Source: a virus (Duplodnaviria > Caudoviricetes). Taken from it: a DNA stretch of 64,000 nucleotides. This document shows positions 10,568-21,199 of this stretch, piece by piece. The notes under the pieces were generated by a model, which saw only the letters and a list, made by a program, of their open reading frames with translations, ran no database searches and was not told where the DNA came from. Position 1 is the stretch's first letter; each line of letters starts with the position of its first letter. The translations under genes and the position numbers were made by a program. The stretch lies in the IMG/VR virus record IMGVR_UViG_3300037455_000173, positions 102,593 to 166,592 of that record. One strand, given 5' to 3'.

Positions 10568-11991
10568 AACTTACCTCGTTTCAGAATGTTAATAATGTGC
10601 TGGAATGGTTGTCCTAAATGCAGAGTTTGCTGCTTAGAACTTGCTGCTTGTGTGTTATTTATCCTAGACGTGGTTGTATATCCTGCTATAGAAGTAGCTG
10701 TATTATTGGCAGTAATCAAGTCTAATCTTTGTACTGTTAATGTGGTAGTGTATGATGTGCCATTAATATTGTGTGCTACTTTAATTATACGATACACACC
10801 GGTTATCGGGTTCAAGGTACCGCCTGTATACACCACTACTCGTACAGCATCCGCAACTCTAAATATCTTAGCACTACCTACGATGGTAATCTGAACATTA
10901 GTATTAAACTGCGTAGAGATAGCATTTAGATTATTGATGGCATTTCCTGCTGAATACATACTTGGTAACGTAGCATTATAAGAATTCTGTCTATTGGATT
11001 GTGTAGTAAGAGTTTCACCTTTTAATGTAATACCCATACCGGTCTGTACGGTTGCACCTGAACCTAATAGTGTCTGAGTTACACCTTGATATGTCGCAGA
11101 AATAGAAAGAATATTTGTATATAAACCACCCCACATTAGTACGTCTTGCGATACATAATTAGCGAGGTTTACATTGTTTTTATACCGTATTACGCCACGG
11201 GTATGAAATGTCGGCTCTGTTATACTAAAGGTATAGCTCGAAGCGGAACGCTGTGTTTGTGCAACAGGAGTACCCATGATTTTACGTATCTCAGCTTTCT
11301 TATAGCCCGCTTTTAGATACATATCGGTAGTTCTATTATAAGGTAAACCATAAGCGCAGCTTTTAGAACCTTCACAATAAGACTGCTGAATAAGTCCTTG
11401 CTGTGTACTACTACCGTTAATATATTCACCTAAGCTGGTTACACAAGAAGCTTTCGATATAGGTACTACCTCGTCATCGTGGTCTATGTCATAATCGAAC
11501 ACATCACCGGCATGAACATAATCTAGAACTGCTTCAGCAACATCAGATGGTCTATAATTACCTCGAATAGCTGGTATAGCTATACCTCGAATTGTTGCTG
11601 TATTAGTAAAGTTACCTATGCCTTCTAGGACATACTCTGTATATCCTGTATGGACAGTTGATGTGAACTGTATGAATATACCTTGAATTGATAATGACTC
11701 TAAAATACCTGTTTCGTCTGCCCAACCCATTTCTAGATAACAAGGTGTAGTTGAATCACCCCTCATCTGTGCAAACTCATATAGCATCATTTCGAATGAA
11801 CCTACATGAGCCTGCTTACGCTGGTCACCTAGAACGTGTATAGTAACCTTAAAATTGGTTTGAATACCGGACTCGGAATTAACCAGGCTTATGCCCACCA
11901 ATGGTGAAGGAGTTTTGTAACCCAAACTGCGTAACGCAATGTTCTGAATTACGAACTGCATATATGGCTGTTTGTGTGGCATATATGTCAC
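10564..11991 (-). CDS. Baseplate hub (gp27/gpD-like)
   Basis: 'LEMGW' near the N-terminus and C-terminal 'TGVYRIIKVAHNI...YTTTLTVQR'. Synteny. Confidence 0.7.
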   Translation of the reverse strand: MTYMPHKQPYMQFVIQNIALRSLGYKTPSPLVGISLVNSESGIQTNFKVTIHVLGDQRKQAHVGSFEMMLYEFAQMRGDSTTPCYLEMGWADETGILESLSIQGIFIQFTSTVHTGYTEYVLEGIGNFTNTATIRGIAIPAIRGNYRPSDVAEAVLDYVHAGDVFDYDIDHDDEVVPISKASCVTSLGEYINGSSTQQGLIQQSYCEGSKSCAYGLPYNRTTDMYLKAGYKKAEIRKIMGTPVAQTQRSASSYTFSITEPTFHTRGVIRYKNNVNLANYVSQDVLMWGGLYTNILSISATYQGVTQTLLGSGATVQTGMGITLKGETLTTQSNRQNSYNATLPSMYSAGNAINNLNAISTQFNTNVQITIVGSAKIFRVADAVRVVVYTGGTLNPITGVYRIIKVAHNINGTSYTTTLTVQRLDLITANNTATSIAGYTTTSRINNTQAASSKQQTLHLGQPFQHIINILKRGKL

Positions 11992-12356
11992 TCCTCTCCT
12001 AAATTCAGATATACATAAGACAATGGTTCTAGAACACGACCGTCTGTCATTAAAGAATCATACGGAGGTATCTGGATTACTGATTCAGCCGGTACTACTT
12101 CGAAATTAGTAATATCATTCTGTTTTGCAATATACCACCAGAGTGATGCGTCACCGTAGAACTTATAAGCAATAAGGTCAAGTCTATTAATATATAAACC
12201 AGTAACCTTGAATAATTGACAACTAGATACGTCAACCTTTGGTGTAGCATTCGATACCTCATGGTAGGATTTTTCTACACCATCACGCTTGATAGTTCTA
12301 AGTTTAGCATATCGAGAAGTCTTGGTATAGTTATAGGGATTTAGATAACGTATCAT
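11988..12356 (-). CDS. Baseplate gp53/LysM-like protein
   Basis: 'RLDLIAYKFYGDASLWWYIAKQNDI' motif. Confidence 0.8.
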   Translation of the reverse strand: MIRYLNPYNYTKTSRYAKLRTIKRDGVEKSYHEVSNATPKVDVSSCQLFKVTGLYINRLDLIAYKFYGDASLWWYIAKQNDITNFEVVPAESVIQIPPYDSLMTDGRVLEPLSYVYLNLGEE

Positions 12357-12360
12357 AACA

Positions 12361-13347
12361 TCACCTCCAACCTGCTAAGCCGCTTCTAACAGCTTCAGTG
12401 CTAAGAACATTGTCTGACTCTTCTGTAATAGATATATTAATGTCAACACAATCGTACTTATTATCCGGACCTATCGGGCCGCTATAAGTAGTTTCCATAT
12501 TCGTAAGTATGCCAACAATGCGTATCGATTTTCCTATAATTAGTGTTACTCTAGGCGGTTCACTTGCTTGAGTATCATAATTCGGATAACAAGCAGATTG
12601 CATATAGGCGACTAACTCTTCTGACTTACCAGAATCCTGATTACCGTCCCACATAGCACGATGAATTTTAAATGTACAGGTTACTACTCTAGGACCTGAT
12701 TTATTATATGTATTCTGTGGTTCATAATGCTGATATGTTGTCATCTCCTGTGACCATGTAGCTGAAGTGCTATCATTAACCGACTCAGGAAAACATGGTA
12801 TTTCTAACGGAGCTTGACCTTCAATCTGAATAGTAACATCACCGGTAGGCTTCCAATACCAATTATCCTGACTGCTACCAGTTTCGGTATCCATTCTTGG
12901 ATATTCTAACTCAGGAGCGTCTTTCCTCAAATCTTCCTTAACTTCACGTAGAAGTAGGTCATGCAGTATAGCTTGCTGAGTATGTCCTGAAACGGCAACG
13001 ACCTCATCTACATATGCATCTGGTACAATCAGACAGCCAGGAACACTTCCTAAGGTTGCATAGCGAATAAACTCTGCTGGTGTAAATTCAGCTATAACAC
13101 TCGCTTTAAGCTTGTCATTTAGTTGAGATTGAACACCCTTGACATGCTGTCTTTCAGAATATTCAATCTCTACTCCAATCTTGCTCATAGCTTGATAATC
13201 GTTATTGTATAACTGATTAAGAATACTGCTATAAGGGCAAGTGCGATTAGGAAGATGATTAAACCGTAGAATCTCTTCTGCATGAACGACCTGTCTTCTG
13301 AATGATGCTACGGTTACGGTCTCGTCTATTACAACCAAAGATTTCAT
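12361..13347 (-). CDS. Tail tube initiator-like baseplate protein
   Basis: C-terminal 'FPESVNDS.SATW...Y..SGPR.V' tube-like domain. Position after the tape measure. Confidence 0.55.
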   Translation of the reverse strand: MKSLVVIDETVTVASFRRQVVHAEEILRFNHLPNRTCPYSSILNQLYNNDYQAMSKIGVEIEYSERQHVKGVQSQLNDKLKASVIAEFTPAEFIRYATLGSVPGCLIVPDAYVDEVVAVSGHTQQAILHDLLLREVKEDLRKDAPELEYPRMDTETGSSQDNWYWKPTGDVTIQIEGQAPLEIPCFPESVNDSTSATWSQEMTTYQHYEPQNTYNKSGPRVVTCTFKIHRAMWDGNQDSGKSEELVAYMQSACYPNYDTQASEPPRVTLIIGKSIRIVGILTNMETTYSGPIGPDNKYDCVDINISITEESDNVLSTEAVRSGLAGWR

Positions 13348-13868
13348 TGTACATCACTCCTTTCTAGGAGTCTTAATCGCTTAAATGTTTCAGGGCAAGC
13401 ATATCCGGTAACATTCTCGATATAGGGACTATTGGCTTGGAATTTTATCAATGTTGCTTCTAATTCCTCAGACCATTCTTCGTTAGTAGGTAAGTTCAGC
13501 AATTCATTAGCATACGCAATGTCTCGAGTACAGCTATTAGGTCCTATAACGAAACAAAGCCACCACGAATAGTTATATATAACCTTTAATTCTTTTTCAA
13601 TATCTGAATCTTCATTCTGAAGAGTTAATGTGTTGTATAGAGTTCGATTATTGATTGGAAGATTAGGATATTGATAATCTATGGTTGTTCGGATATATCC
13701 TATAAGCTCATCTGTAGTTAGGGTAGTCAGACTTTCATGCCAGAAATTGGCTGCCCTGACTTTTAATATTAAGTCAAGGCAACCATATCCAGTATCAGTC
13801 CGTGCTGCTTCTTTAAGCTCTTCAGGAAGTGTCTTTTCCATTTTAGCATAGGTATCGTAACAACTCAT
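13344..13868 (-). CDS. Hypothetical protein with possible C-terminal peptidoglycan-binding motif
   Basis: 'EATLIKFQAN...VTGYACPETFKRL' resembles PG_binding_1. Confidence 0.4.
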   Translation of the reverse strand: MSCYDTYAKMEKTLPEELKEAARTDTGYGCLDLILKVRAANFWHESLTTLTTDELIGYIRTTIDYQYPNLPINNRTLYNTLTLQNEDSDIEKELKVIYNYSWWLCFVIGPNSCTRDIAYANELLNLPTNEEWSEELEATLIKFQANSPYIENVTGYACPETFKRLRLLERSDVQ

Positions 13869-13881
13869 TTAAGCCACCTCC

Positions 13882-16800
13882 TTAAAAATGACCAGATAGA
13901 TAATTAGAGACATAACCATTGTCGATAATTCTTGAACGTTCGTCATACGACAAACTCGACTCAAATTCAGGATTAGTAACCATGCTATATTCTAACACCG
14001 TACTAATAAGCTTAACAATTTCACCTGTCTGCTTCTGTAAATCCTTAATCTGCTCTGTATGTGTTCTATGCTCCTCTAGAATTGGCTCTAGATACTCACT
14101 CATGTCTAAGTCTGCAATATAGGAACTAATATAAGCTATATTCTCATAATTACCCTTTTCGCGCTCTAGACTTTCGTCTTCTATTCGTCGCTGTTCTTCT
14201 CTAGCCGCTGCTTTTTCTTCCTCATACTTCGCATCTTGTTCTTGAGCTGCCTGCTGTTGCTGTCTATACTCGGAAGAATTTCTAGCTTGCTGTTCCATAG
14301 CAGCATAACTAATAGCATTAGATTCAGCTTGGTTTTCAGCTGCAACAGCCTGTGCATTACGAGTAGCAAGACTGTAGTCAATCATCATCTCTTCAAAAGA
14401 TTCTGATACACCACTATTTGCTATAGCTAATGCCATCATATCAGTGCTCTTTGTCTCAGCGGCTTGTATAGCTGCTGTCGCACCGCCTACGGTGTTAGCA
14501 AATGTATTCCTTAAACCGGCAGTACTATCTGCAACAGTTGAACCTATATTAGAAGCAGTTGATGTTATTACATATCGCTCTGCATCTATCATTGCTGATG
14601 TTTGAGCATTAATAGATGTAGATATCATGTCAAATAGACCAAGTGGGTCTAGAATTGACATAATCAAATCAGAAATCTTTGTAAAGAATCCTAATGTATT
14701 TTCTGCCAACTCAACCGATTGAGTAGCTTGTGCTGAATACACAAGCTTTTCAAGATTAAGCTCATTAGCTTCGAGCTTTCTCATTAGCTTATTGTCGATT
14801 GTTGACGACAATGCGTTAGTAGCTAACAATTGATTTGCGGTATTAGCTACCAACTGTTCCTCTAGAGTAGTGGTTTCACCTGAACGTACTAGATTTTCAG
14901 CATCGGTAAGTGCTGCCATATTAACAGACGTACTTACCTGTGCTATCAAGTCGGATACATTACCGAAGTCGATTTGTGCTAACTTAGAACCTTGAACACC
15001 GAATATAGATTCCATTGCTTTCAGGAATTCTTGTCTCGATGCTTCGTTCTCATTCTGGTCAATAAATCTCTGAATAGCAGCAAATGCAGTGCTTAATGTA
15101 TCTTGAGTATCCTCCATGAAGGACTGCATAAAGCTGGTAGCACTAACTCCAATATTAGGGTTAATATCATTCATTATAGCTCTTAATGCTACTGCTGTAG
15201 CATCATTACTATTCATTAAGATATTAACCAGCTCATTAGTAAATCCACTAAGCTGAGGTGCTACAGATGTAATAGCAGCTTCTGATGCCATCATCTGGGT
15301 GGTTAGTTTAGATATCTGGTCAGCATTTCCACCTGCTATGTTTACAACCTCGGTAGCTCTGGTCATTAAGGTACTGGTTTCTTTCAGGAATTGGTTATTG
15401 CCTTCTGTAACGGATTCAAGTGCTTTAGCTGCACCTGCAATCTCGTTCATTGCAGCAATCATTTCTTCCTCACCGGTACCGCTTTCCTTGTTAGCTTGCG
15501 CATAGATAGCAGCAAATTCAGCTGCGCTCTGCGACAAATCTACTTCAGGAACTGCTTTCTGGAGGATTAGGTTTTGAGCAGCAAATGCTTCTGCTAGCTG
15601 TCCACCTAATTTAGCATTTAATGTATTAGCTAACTGGTCTAGATACTGAGAAGCATCTATAGTAGTACCATAACCTTCTTCTTGTAGTCGCTGTGCAACA
15701 GCATCCTGTAAAGAGTTAAGAGCTTCTTTAGTATAACCTTGGGTTGCAGTTATCTGACTTAGATTCTTATCCCAAGCAGCATAGATATTCTTAGAAGCTG
15801 TTTCATACATCTCGATAGAGTAGGTTGCCATGTCTTTAACATCGGACCTAATCTTATCGAAACCAGCTTTGAGTATCTCATCACGCGTTTTCTTAGAATG
15901 ATTAGCAAGATAATCTAGATGGTCACCTACAATTGTAGCGAGTGCGTCAATCTTAGAACCTATAAATTTACCTATAGCTTCACCGACAATACCACCTATA
16001 GGACCACCTATAGCTTCACCGATAGCTTGTCCCGCAGCTGTACCAAGTAAATCGCCACCGATACTTCCAATGCCACCTACTACTGCTGATGCTGTGTGAT
16101 TTTGACCTGTCTTAGCATCAAAGGTTTTACCCTCTGCTATCGTATTGACTAAACCTTCTACCTTCTTAACTGACTTTATCAGATTATCATAGAAGGCTAA
16201 CTCTGCATTACGACTTTCAATTAGATTACCCATCTGTTCTAGATAATCGTCTTCGGTCATAATAGAGCCATCAGCACCGGGTACCTGTCTGTTGAACATT
16301 TCGGTAAGCTCGTTACGCTCTGCATCATACCTATTAGAAGCTTCTTCACGCATTGCGCGTAAGCTACCGATAGGAGAACCGTCACTATTCCAAGCGCGTT
16401 CAACTTCCTGTAGCGTGTCGTTATATCTATCGAATGAACTTCTTGCATCAGCTAATCCTTGATTTAACTCATTAAGACTTATCTGATTATCAGTATATGC
16501 TTGAATTAATTCATCAATCTGACGTTCATACAAATCACTTCTAGTTTCGTAATCATCATATATACCCAGAACATCTCTCAATGAATTACGAACATCTTCA
16601 AGTCTAGAAGTGAGCTCGTCAACTTCTTGCTGTTGGTCATCGACATCGTCTTGTGAAGCTAATCCATTAGCTGCATCATCGCGTAGCTGTTCAAGCCGTG
16701 CTTCTGCTGTGCGTATTCTCTGTTCTAAATCACGCACCGCGGTATTACCAGCTGCACCGTTAACACCTGAACCACTGTTAGAGGAACCACCACCTAGGGC

Positions 16801-17142
16801 ACTACCATTACTGCTAATCTGACCTAAAACCTGATAAATCTGCTTTAAGCTGGTATCGACAGACGATACAGTTGACCTTATACTGCCTACATCTTTGCTG
16901 ACAGCAGTTAGAGTGGTTGTTACCGTGTCAAGATTTTTCTTGGCTTGGGTGAACAACTTATACTCTTTGGTCATCGTCTTGTTCATATTGGTAACAGTCT
17001 TGAACATTTTCATTTCAAGCTTATACAGATTAGCAGTCGATGCGGAATCTGCTTTAAGTTGCTCTAGAATGTCACCAGCTGTTGACTCATCAGTGCTATT
17101 AGAGTTAGTAGTATTGGTATTATTGTCTTTAGGGTCTGGCAT
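13882..17142 (-). CDS. Tail tape measure protein
   Basis: 1086 aa, Ala/Gln/Glu-rich coiled coil with a Gly-rich hydrophobic segment. Upstream of the baseplate genes. Confidence 0.75.
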   Translation of the reverse strand: MPDPKDNNTNTTNSNSTDESTAGDILEQLKADSASTANLYKLEMKMFKTVTNMNKTMTKEYKLFTQAKKNLDTVTTTLTAVSKDVGSIRSTVSSVDTSLKQIYQVLGQISSNGSALGGGSSNSGSGVNGAAGNTAVRDLEQRIRTAEARLEQLRDDAANGLASQDDVDDQQQEVDELTSRLEDVRNSLRDVLGIYDDYETRSDLYERQIDELIQAYTDNQISLNELNQGLADARSSFDRYNDTLQEVERAWNSDGSPIGSLRAMREEASNRYDAERNELTEMFNRQVPGADGSIMTEDDYLEQMGNLIESRNAELAFYDNLIKSVKKVEGLVNTIAEGKTFDAKTGQNHTASAVVGGIGSIGGDLLGTAAGQAIGEAIGGPIGGIVGEAIGKFIGSKIDALATIVGDHLDYLANHSKKTRDEILKAGFDKIRSDVKDMATYSIEMYETASKNIYAAWDKNLSQITATQGYTKEALNSLQDAVAQRLQEEGYGTTIDASQYLDQLANTLNAKLGGQLAEAFAAQNLILQKAVPEVDLSQSAAEFAAIYAQANKESGTGEEEMIAAMNEIAGAAKALESVTEGNNQFLKETSTLMTRATEVVNIAGGNADQISKLTTQMMASEAAITSVAPQLSGFTNELVNILMNSNDATAVALRAIMNDINPNIGVSATSFMQSFMEDTQDTLSTAFAAIQRFIDQNENEASRQEFLKAMESIFGVQGSKLAQIDFGNVSDLIAQVSTSVNMAALTDAENLVRSGETTTLEEQLVANTANQLLATNALSSTIDNKLMRKLEANELNLEKLVYSAQATQSVELAENTLGFFTKISDLIMSILDPLGLFDMISTSINAQTSAMIDAERYVITSTASNIGSTVADSTAGLRNTFANTVGGATAAIQAAETKSTDMMALAIANSGVSESFEEMMIDYSLATRNAQAVAAENQAESNAISYAAMEQQARNSSEYRQQQQAAQEQDAKYEEEKAAAREEQRRIEDESLEREKGNYENIAYISSYIADLDMSEYLEPILEEHRTHTEQIKDLQKQTGEIVKLISTVLEYSMVTNPEFESSLSYDERSRIIDNGYVSNYLSGHF

Positions 17143-17247
17143 AGATAATCCCTCCTTTCAGTTTATTATATATGTTATTATCAGAGATTATACCGTAATA
17201 ACCACGTATGCTGCTACAGCATGCGTAAGGTTTATAAACTATGTATA

Positions 17248-17278
17248 ATGTTATACCACACGTATTAGACACACGAAA
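17248..17278 (-). promoter_or_regulatory. Phage promoter motif TTCG-N20-TAACAT (upstream of tape measure)
   Basis: Copy of the 12-site motif, with a weaker -10. Confidence 0.5.
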
Positions 17279-17280
17279 AC

Positions 17281-17316
17281 TAAACGCACAACAGTAGCAA
17301 AACCGTTGTGCGTTTA
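17281..17316 (-). terminator. Probable intrinsic terminator after nrdG
   Basis: Perfect 12-bp stem TAAACGCACAAC/GTTGTGCGTTTA, followed by GTTTT on the minus strand. Confidence 0.65.
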
Positions 17317-17339
17317 TAAGGAGTATATATGAAAGAGAA

Positions 17340-17873
17340 TTACACCAATCTATTATATTTATCTTCCCAGAAAATCGTTTCACCTTTCATTAAAGTTCTT
17401 TGAACATCGATAAGTCTTTGATTTTCTGAACCACGATATTTTAATAGTAGGTTCTTCTTTTCAATCTGAAACGGACCGTCCACGAGTACATCTATACAAT
17501 CTAGAATATCCTTTACATATGGAGTAGACACACCAGAGCATAATAGTTGCTCTATTGTATACCCAGTAAAGCACCAGATATCTTTGCCAGGTAGTAGTCT
17601 AACCACGGTGGATAATAGATAATAGACTTCTTTCTGATTTTTAGGTTCAAATGGTTCACCACCTAATAGTGACAAACCCCGAACATGCGGATTAGACAAC
17701 ATATGGATTATTCTGAGTAGAACTCCTTCATCATAAGGTTCACCATAGTCGAAATCCCAAGCTACCTCATTGAAACAACCGGGACATTTTCTAGTACAAC
17801 CAGAAACATACACGCTAACTCTTACACCGGGTCCGTTTGCTATATCCAAATTCTTGATATTAGCAATGTTCAT
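17340..17873 (-). CDS. nrdG: Anaerobic RNR activase (radical SAM)
   Basis: 'DIANGPGVRVS.YVSGC...CPGCFN', 'LGGEPF' and 'GSENQR' motifs. Confidence 0.95.
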   Translation of the reverse strand: MNIANIKNLDIANGPGVRVSVYVSGCTRKCPGCFNEVAWDFDYGEPYDEGVLLRIIHMLSNPHVRGLSLLGGEPFEPKNQKEVYYLLSTVVRLLPGKDIWCFTGYTIEQLLCSGVSTPYVKDILDCIDVLVDGPFQIEKKNLLLKYRGSENQRLIDVQRTLMKGETIFWEDKYNRLV

Positions 17874-20044
17874 AGATGTTCAACCCTATCCTTTATCTCT
17901 TGAGTACGTCCCTGGTTCCAGAATTGAGTACCAATATATCCACAGGTACGGCGAGCAACAGACATCTTTGTCTGGTCTCTATTACCACAATTCGGACACT
18001 CCCATAGAAGCTTTCCATCTTCCTCGATTATTTCAATCTCACCGTCATATCCACATTCGTGGCAGTAATCACTCTTGGTATTAAGCTCAGCATACTGAAT
18101 TTCATTATAGATGAACTTAACTACTTCCAGAACTGCTGGGATATTATCGGTCATATCAGGTACTTCTATATATGAGATAGCGCCACCAGGTGATAACTTC
18201 TGGAACTCAGATTCAAAAGCAAGTTTGGTAAATGCATCAATCTTTTCAGTTACATGGACATGATATGAATTAGTAATATAATTCTTATCTGTTATGCCTT
18301 CGATTACACCGAAACGCTTCTGAAGTGCCTTAGCAAACTTATAGGTTGTACTTTCTAATGGAGTTCCATATACAGCATAGCCTATGTTCTCAGCTTTCTT
18401 CCATTCGATACATTTATCATTAAGTCTTTGCATAATAGCCAAAGCAAAGTCCTTAGCTTCTGGGTCTGTATGTGAATGACCGGTCATCGCTTTGACACAT
18501 TCATATAAACCAGCATATCCAAGTGATATTGTCGAATAGCCACCATAAAGTAGCTTATCTATCTTCTCACCTTTCTCCAATCTAGCTATCGCACCATGCT
18601 GCCAAAGAATAGGAGCTACATCAGAAGTTGTACCTAGAAGTCTTTCATGTCGGATACGTAACGCTCTATGACATAGTTCAAGCTTGTCATCAAGAATACG
18701 CCAGAACTTATCAAAGTCACCTCTAGCTGTTAAACCAACAGCTGGGAGATTTAAGGTTACTACTCCTTGATTAAAACGACCGAAGTATTTTGCTTTTCCA
18801 TTCTCGTCTACATAGGGAGATAAAAAAGAACGGCATCCCATAGGTGGAAAACATTGACCATCACCGTTCGCATCTATCTTCGTCGCTTTCATTATCTTTT
18901 CTGAAACATAGTCTGGTACCATTCTCTTAGCAGTACATTTTGCTGCCAATTCGGTTAGATACCAATATTCGGTAGTTTCATCGCAGTTATTCGTATCAAG
19001 TACATAGATAAGTTTAGGAAATGCAGGTGTTATCCATACACCCTTTTCATTCTTAACACCTTGAATACGCTGCTTCAAAATCTCCTCGATAACTAATGCT
19101 AAGTCCTTCTTCTCTTGTTCAGTTCTAGCTTCATTCAGGTATAAAGAAAGGCTCAAGAAAGGAGCCTGACCGTTGGTAGTCATTAGTGTGATTACCTGGT
19201 ATTGAATTGTCTGAACACCTTTTGATATTTCCTTAGCGAGTCTTTTATTGAGAATAGTTTCTGCTTGACGCTCTGATAACTGTAAATCAGCAGCAGCACA
19301 TTCCTCTAAGATTTGCTTCTTAATGCTTTGTCTACTAACATCAACGAATGGAGCTAGATGAGCTATAGATATTGTCTGACCACCATACTGATTAGAAGCA
19401 ACCTGTGCAATAATCTGTGTTGCTATATTACAAGCGGTTGAGAATGAATGTGGTCTATCGATACCTGTACCGGAAATTACAGTACCATTCTCGAGCATAT
19501 CTTGTAGATTGATTAAGCAGCAATTATACATAGGCTGAGCGAAGTAATCTGCATCATGGAAATGAATATCCCCTATTCTATTCGCTTCCTGTATATCTTC
19601 AGGCAATAGGTGTGTAAATGTTATGTTCTTAGACACTTCACCTGCCATATAATCACGCTGAACAGAATTAATCAGAGTATTCTTATTGGAATTTTCTTCC
19701 TTTAATACAGCGTTCTTGTTCTGAATTAATGACATTATGTTGTCTGTCATGTTGTCTGATTTACGTGCTAAAGCACGCTTATAGCGGTATGTAATATACT
19801 CTTCAGACAGCTTTGAGAGGTTCTGATTTATTAGCTCTTGAACTACAAAATCCTGAACGTCTTCGACGGAAACAATGCTAGTCTGCTGCTCACACCTAAA
19901 AATTACAGCATCAGCAATCACAGTAATCTGTTCATCTGTTAGCTTATTTTCTTCGCTCATCTTAGCATTAGCTTTAGATATAGCGCTGACAATCTTACTC
20001 CCATCGAACCCGACTTCTTTTCCGTCTCTTTTGATAATTTGCAT
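17870..20044 (-). CDS. nrdD: Class III anaerobic ribonucleoside-triphosphate reductase
   Basis: ATP cone 'IIKRDG', 'MGCRS', 'YITNSYH', Zn-site cysteines and glycyl-radical 'RRTCGYIG'. Start moved to the RBS-supported ATG at 20044. Confidence 0.97.
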   Translation of the reverse strand: MQIIKRDGKEVGFDGSKIVSAISKANAKMSEENKLTDEQITVIADAVIFRCEQQTSIVSVEDVQDFVVQELINQNLSKLSEEYITYRYKRALARKSDNMTDNIMSLIQNKNAVLKEENSNKNTLINSVQRDYMAGEVSKNITFTHLLPEDIQEANRIGDIHFHDADYFAQPMYNCCLINLQDMLENGTVISGTGIDRPHSFSTACNIATQIIAQVASNQYGGQTISIAHLAPFVDVSRQSIKKQILEECAAADLQLSERQAETILNKRLAKEISKGVQTIQYQVITLMTTNGQAPFLSLSLYLNEARTEQEKKDLALVIEEILKQRIQGVKNEKGVWITPAFPKLIYVLDTNNCDETTEYWYLTELAAKCTAKRMVPDYVSEKIMKATKIDANGDGQCFPPMGCRSFLSPYVDENGKAKYFGRFNQGVVTLNLPAVGLTARGDFDKFWRILDDKLELCHRALRIRHERLLGTTSDVAPILWQHGAIARLEKGEKIDKLLYGGYSTISLGYAGLYECVKAMTGHSHTDPEAKDFALAIMQRLNDKCIEWKKAENIGYAVYGTPLESTTYKFAKALQKRFGVIEGITDKNYITNSYHVHVTEKIDAFTKLAFESEFQKLSPGGAISYIEVPDMTDNIPAVLEVVKFIYNEIQYAELNTKSDYCHECGYDGEIEIIEEDGKLLWECPNCGNRDQTKMSVARRTCGYIGTQFWNQGRTQEIKDRVEHL

Positions 20045-20107
20045 AGTAGTCACTCCTTCCTGATTAAGAGGCACACGGTACCTCTTTACTTATTGTATGC
20101 TACGCAC

Positions 20108-21052
20108 TCACGATTCTGAGGTAAAGAAATGGATTAAATCTTTAACATCCTCTTCTGTCTCCCAGTCCCAATGCTTGGTGGCTGCGTAGATATCAGGAAG
20201 AGCTCTAGACTCTTCATCAGTTAAATCAAAACCACGACCATATGTCCAATATGCGTTAGACCACGGTATGTATGATTGGATAAGAATATTATCAGATTTT
20301 GGAAGTTCAATCTCACGACTAGATATTGTTCTGTACAAAGCAAAGTAATAGATTTTTTCTGCACCTAGCTCTGATAAACGACGAATTACTGCCTGAGCAG
20401 TTCTACCACTTGAAATTAAATCATCTATAACGATAACATTTCTACCGGTTACTTCTGTACACTTCGTTTCTGTAACCTGAATTAATCCATCGTCCTGTGT
20501 ATTTGTTGCTGTATCATAATGCTGAACATCAAATACAATATCTGATTTAATGCCCATTCTATCAGCTAACATAGTACCTGCACATGCTATAGAAGCATAT
20601 AGACAGTTACCGTCGTCTGGTGATTCTACCATAAGCTTAAAATTATTTTCTAAGAGCGTAGCAGCTACACCGCTAATATATGGTTCTGTAGCCTTTGCTC
20701 TAGGAAATGACCAAGAATCATTATCTATTAAATCTAGAACAGCGTCTAAGATTTTATTACAATTAGCAGGTCGTTGACATATACCAAGTACCCTGTCAAA
20801 AGTCTTGATATGAATAGCCACGTTACCTACAGCACGTACTTCAGCTTCATCTGGTGAACCTATATTCGTACATAAAATCTGAGTATCGGGTGCCGCCTGT
20901 ACAAAGTACAAAGCCACCGGTTTATCTTTATTCTCCCTAATTGAATCTGGTACTACAATACAGCAATTCTTAGCTTCATTCTGCCAATAGTATTTAGAAT
21001 CTGCTATGGCTTGTGTACCTAAATCTGATGCATAAAAGTCTAACATCAACAT
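20108..21052 (-). CDS. Type I phosphoribosyltransferase, HPRT-like C-domain with an unknown N-domain
   Basis: PRPP loop 'VIVIDDLISSGRT'. The C-terminal 'WTYGRGFD....RALPDIY' parallels HPRT 'VVGYGLD....RNLPYI'. Confidence 0.75.
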   Translation of the reverse strand: MLMLDFYASDLGTQAIADSKYYWQNEAKNCCIVVPDSIRENKDKPVALYFVQAAPDTQILCTNIGSPDEAEVRAVGNVAIHIKTFDRVLGICQRPANCNKILDAVLDLIDNDSWSFPRAKATEPYISGVAATLLENNFKLMVESPDDGNCLYASIACAGTMLADRMGIKSDIVFDVQHYDTATNTQDDGLIQVTETKCTEVTGRNVIVIDDLISSGRTAQAVIRRLSELGAEKIYYFALYRTISSREIELPKSDNILIQSYIPWSNAYWTYGRGFDLTDEESRALPDIYAATKHWDWETEEDVKDLIHFFTSES

Positions 21053-21075
21053 ACCTCCTTAATTAATATATCACT

Positions 21076-21106
21076 ATTATAACACGACTAGCTTTTTGAA
21101 ACGAAG
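21076..21106 (-). promoter_or_regulatory. Phage promoter motif CTTCG-N20-TATAAT (PRTase-nrdD-nrdG)
   Basis: CTTCGTTTCAAAAAGCTAGTCGTGTTATAAT on the minus strand. Confidence 0.7.
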
Positions 21107-21116
21107 TTTCACAGCA

Positions 21117-21192
21117 AACGGTATTGCTGTATTGCTGCGGTGTTTTGTGTATAGTTACACAACCACGAACCGTGCACATAAGCAATACCGTT
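21117..21192. terminator. Long hairpin after folE
   Basis: Perfect 12-bp base AACGGTATTGCT/AGCAATACCGTT with imperfect inner pairing. Confidence 0.55.
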
Positions 21193-21199
21193 ACTAGAA

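Noticed and set aside
17129-17383. 84-aa ORF between nrdG and the tape measure gene
   Set aside because: It spans a terminator, a promoter motif and hairpins, overlaps both neighbours and has no RBS.
17870-20044. Intron or intein in nrdD (likewise the helicases and dnaX)
   Set aside because: The ORFs are continuous, of normal length, and show no splicing or homing-endonuclease motifs.
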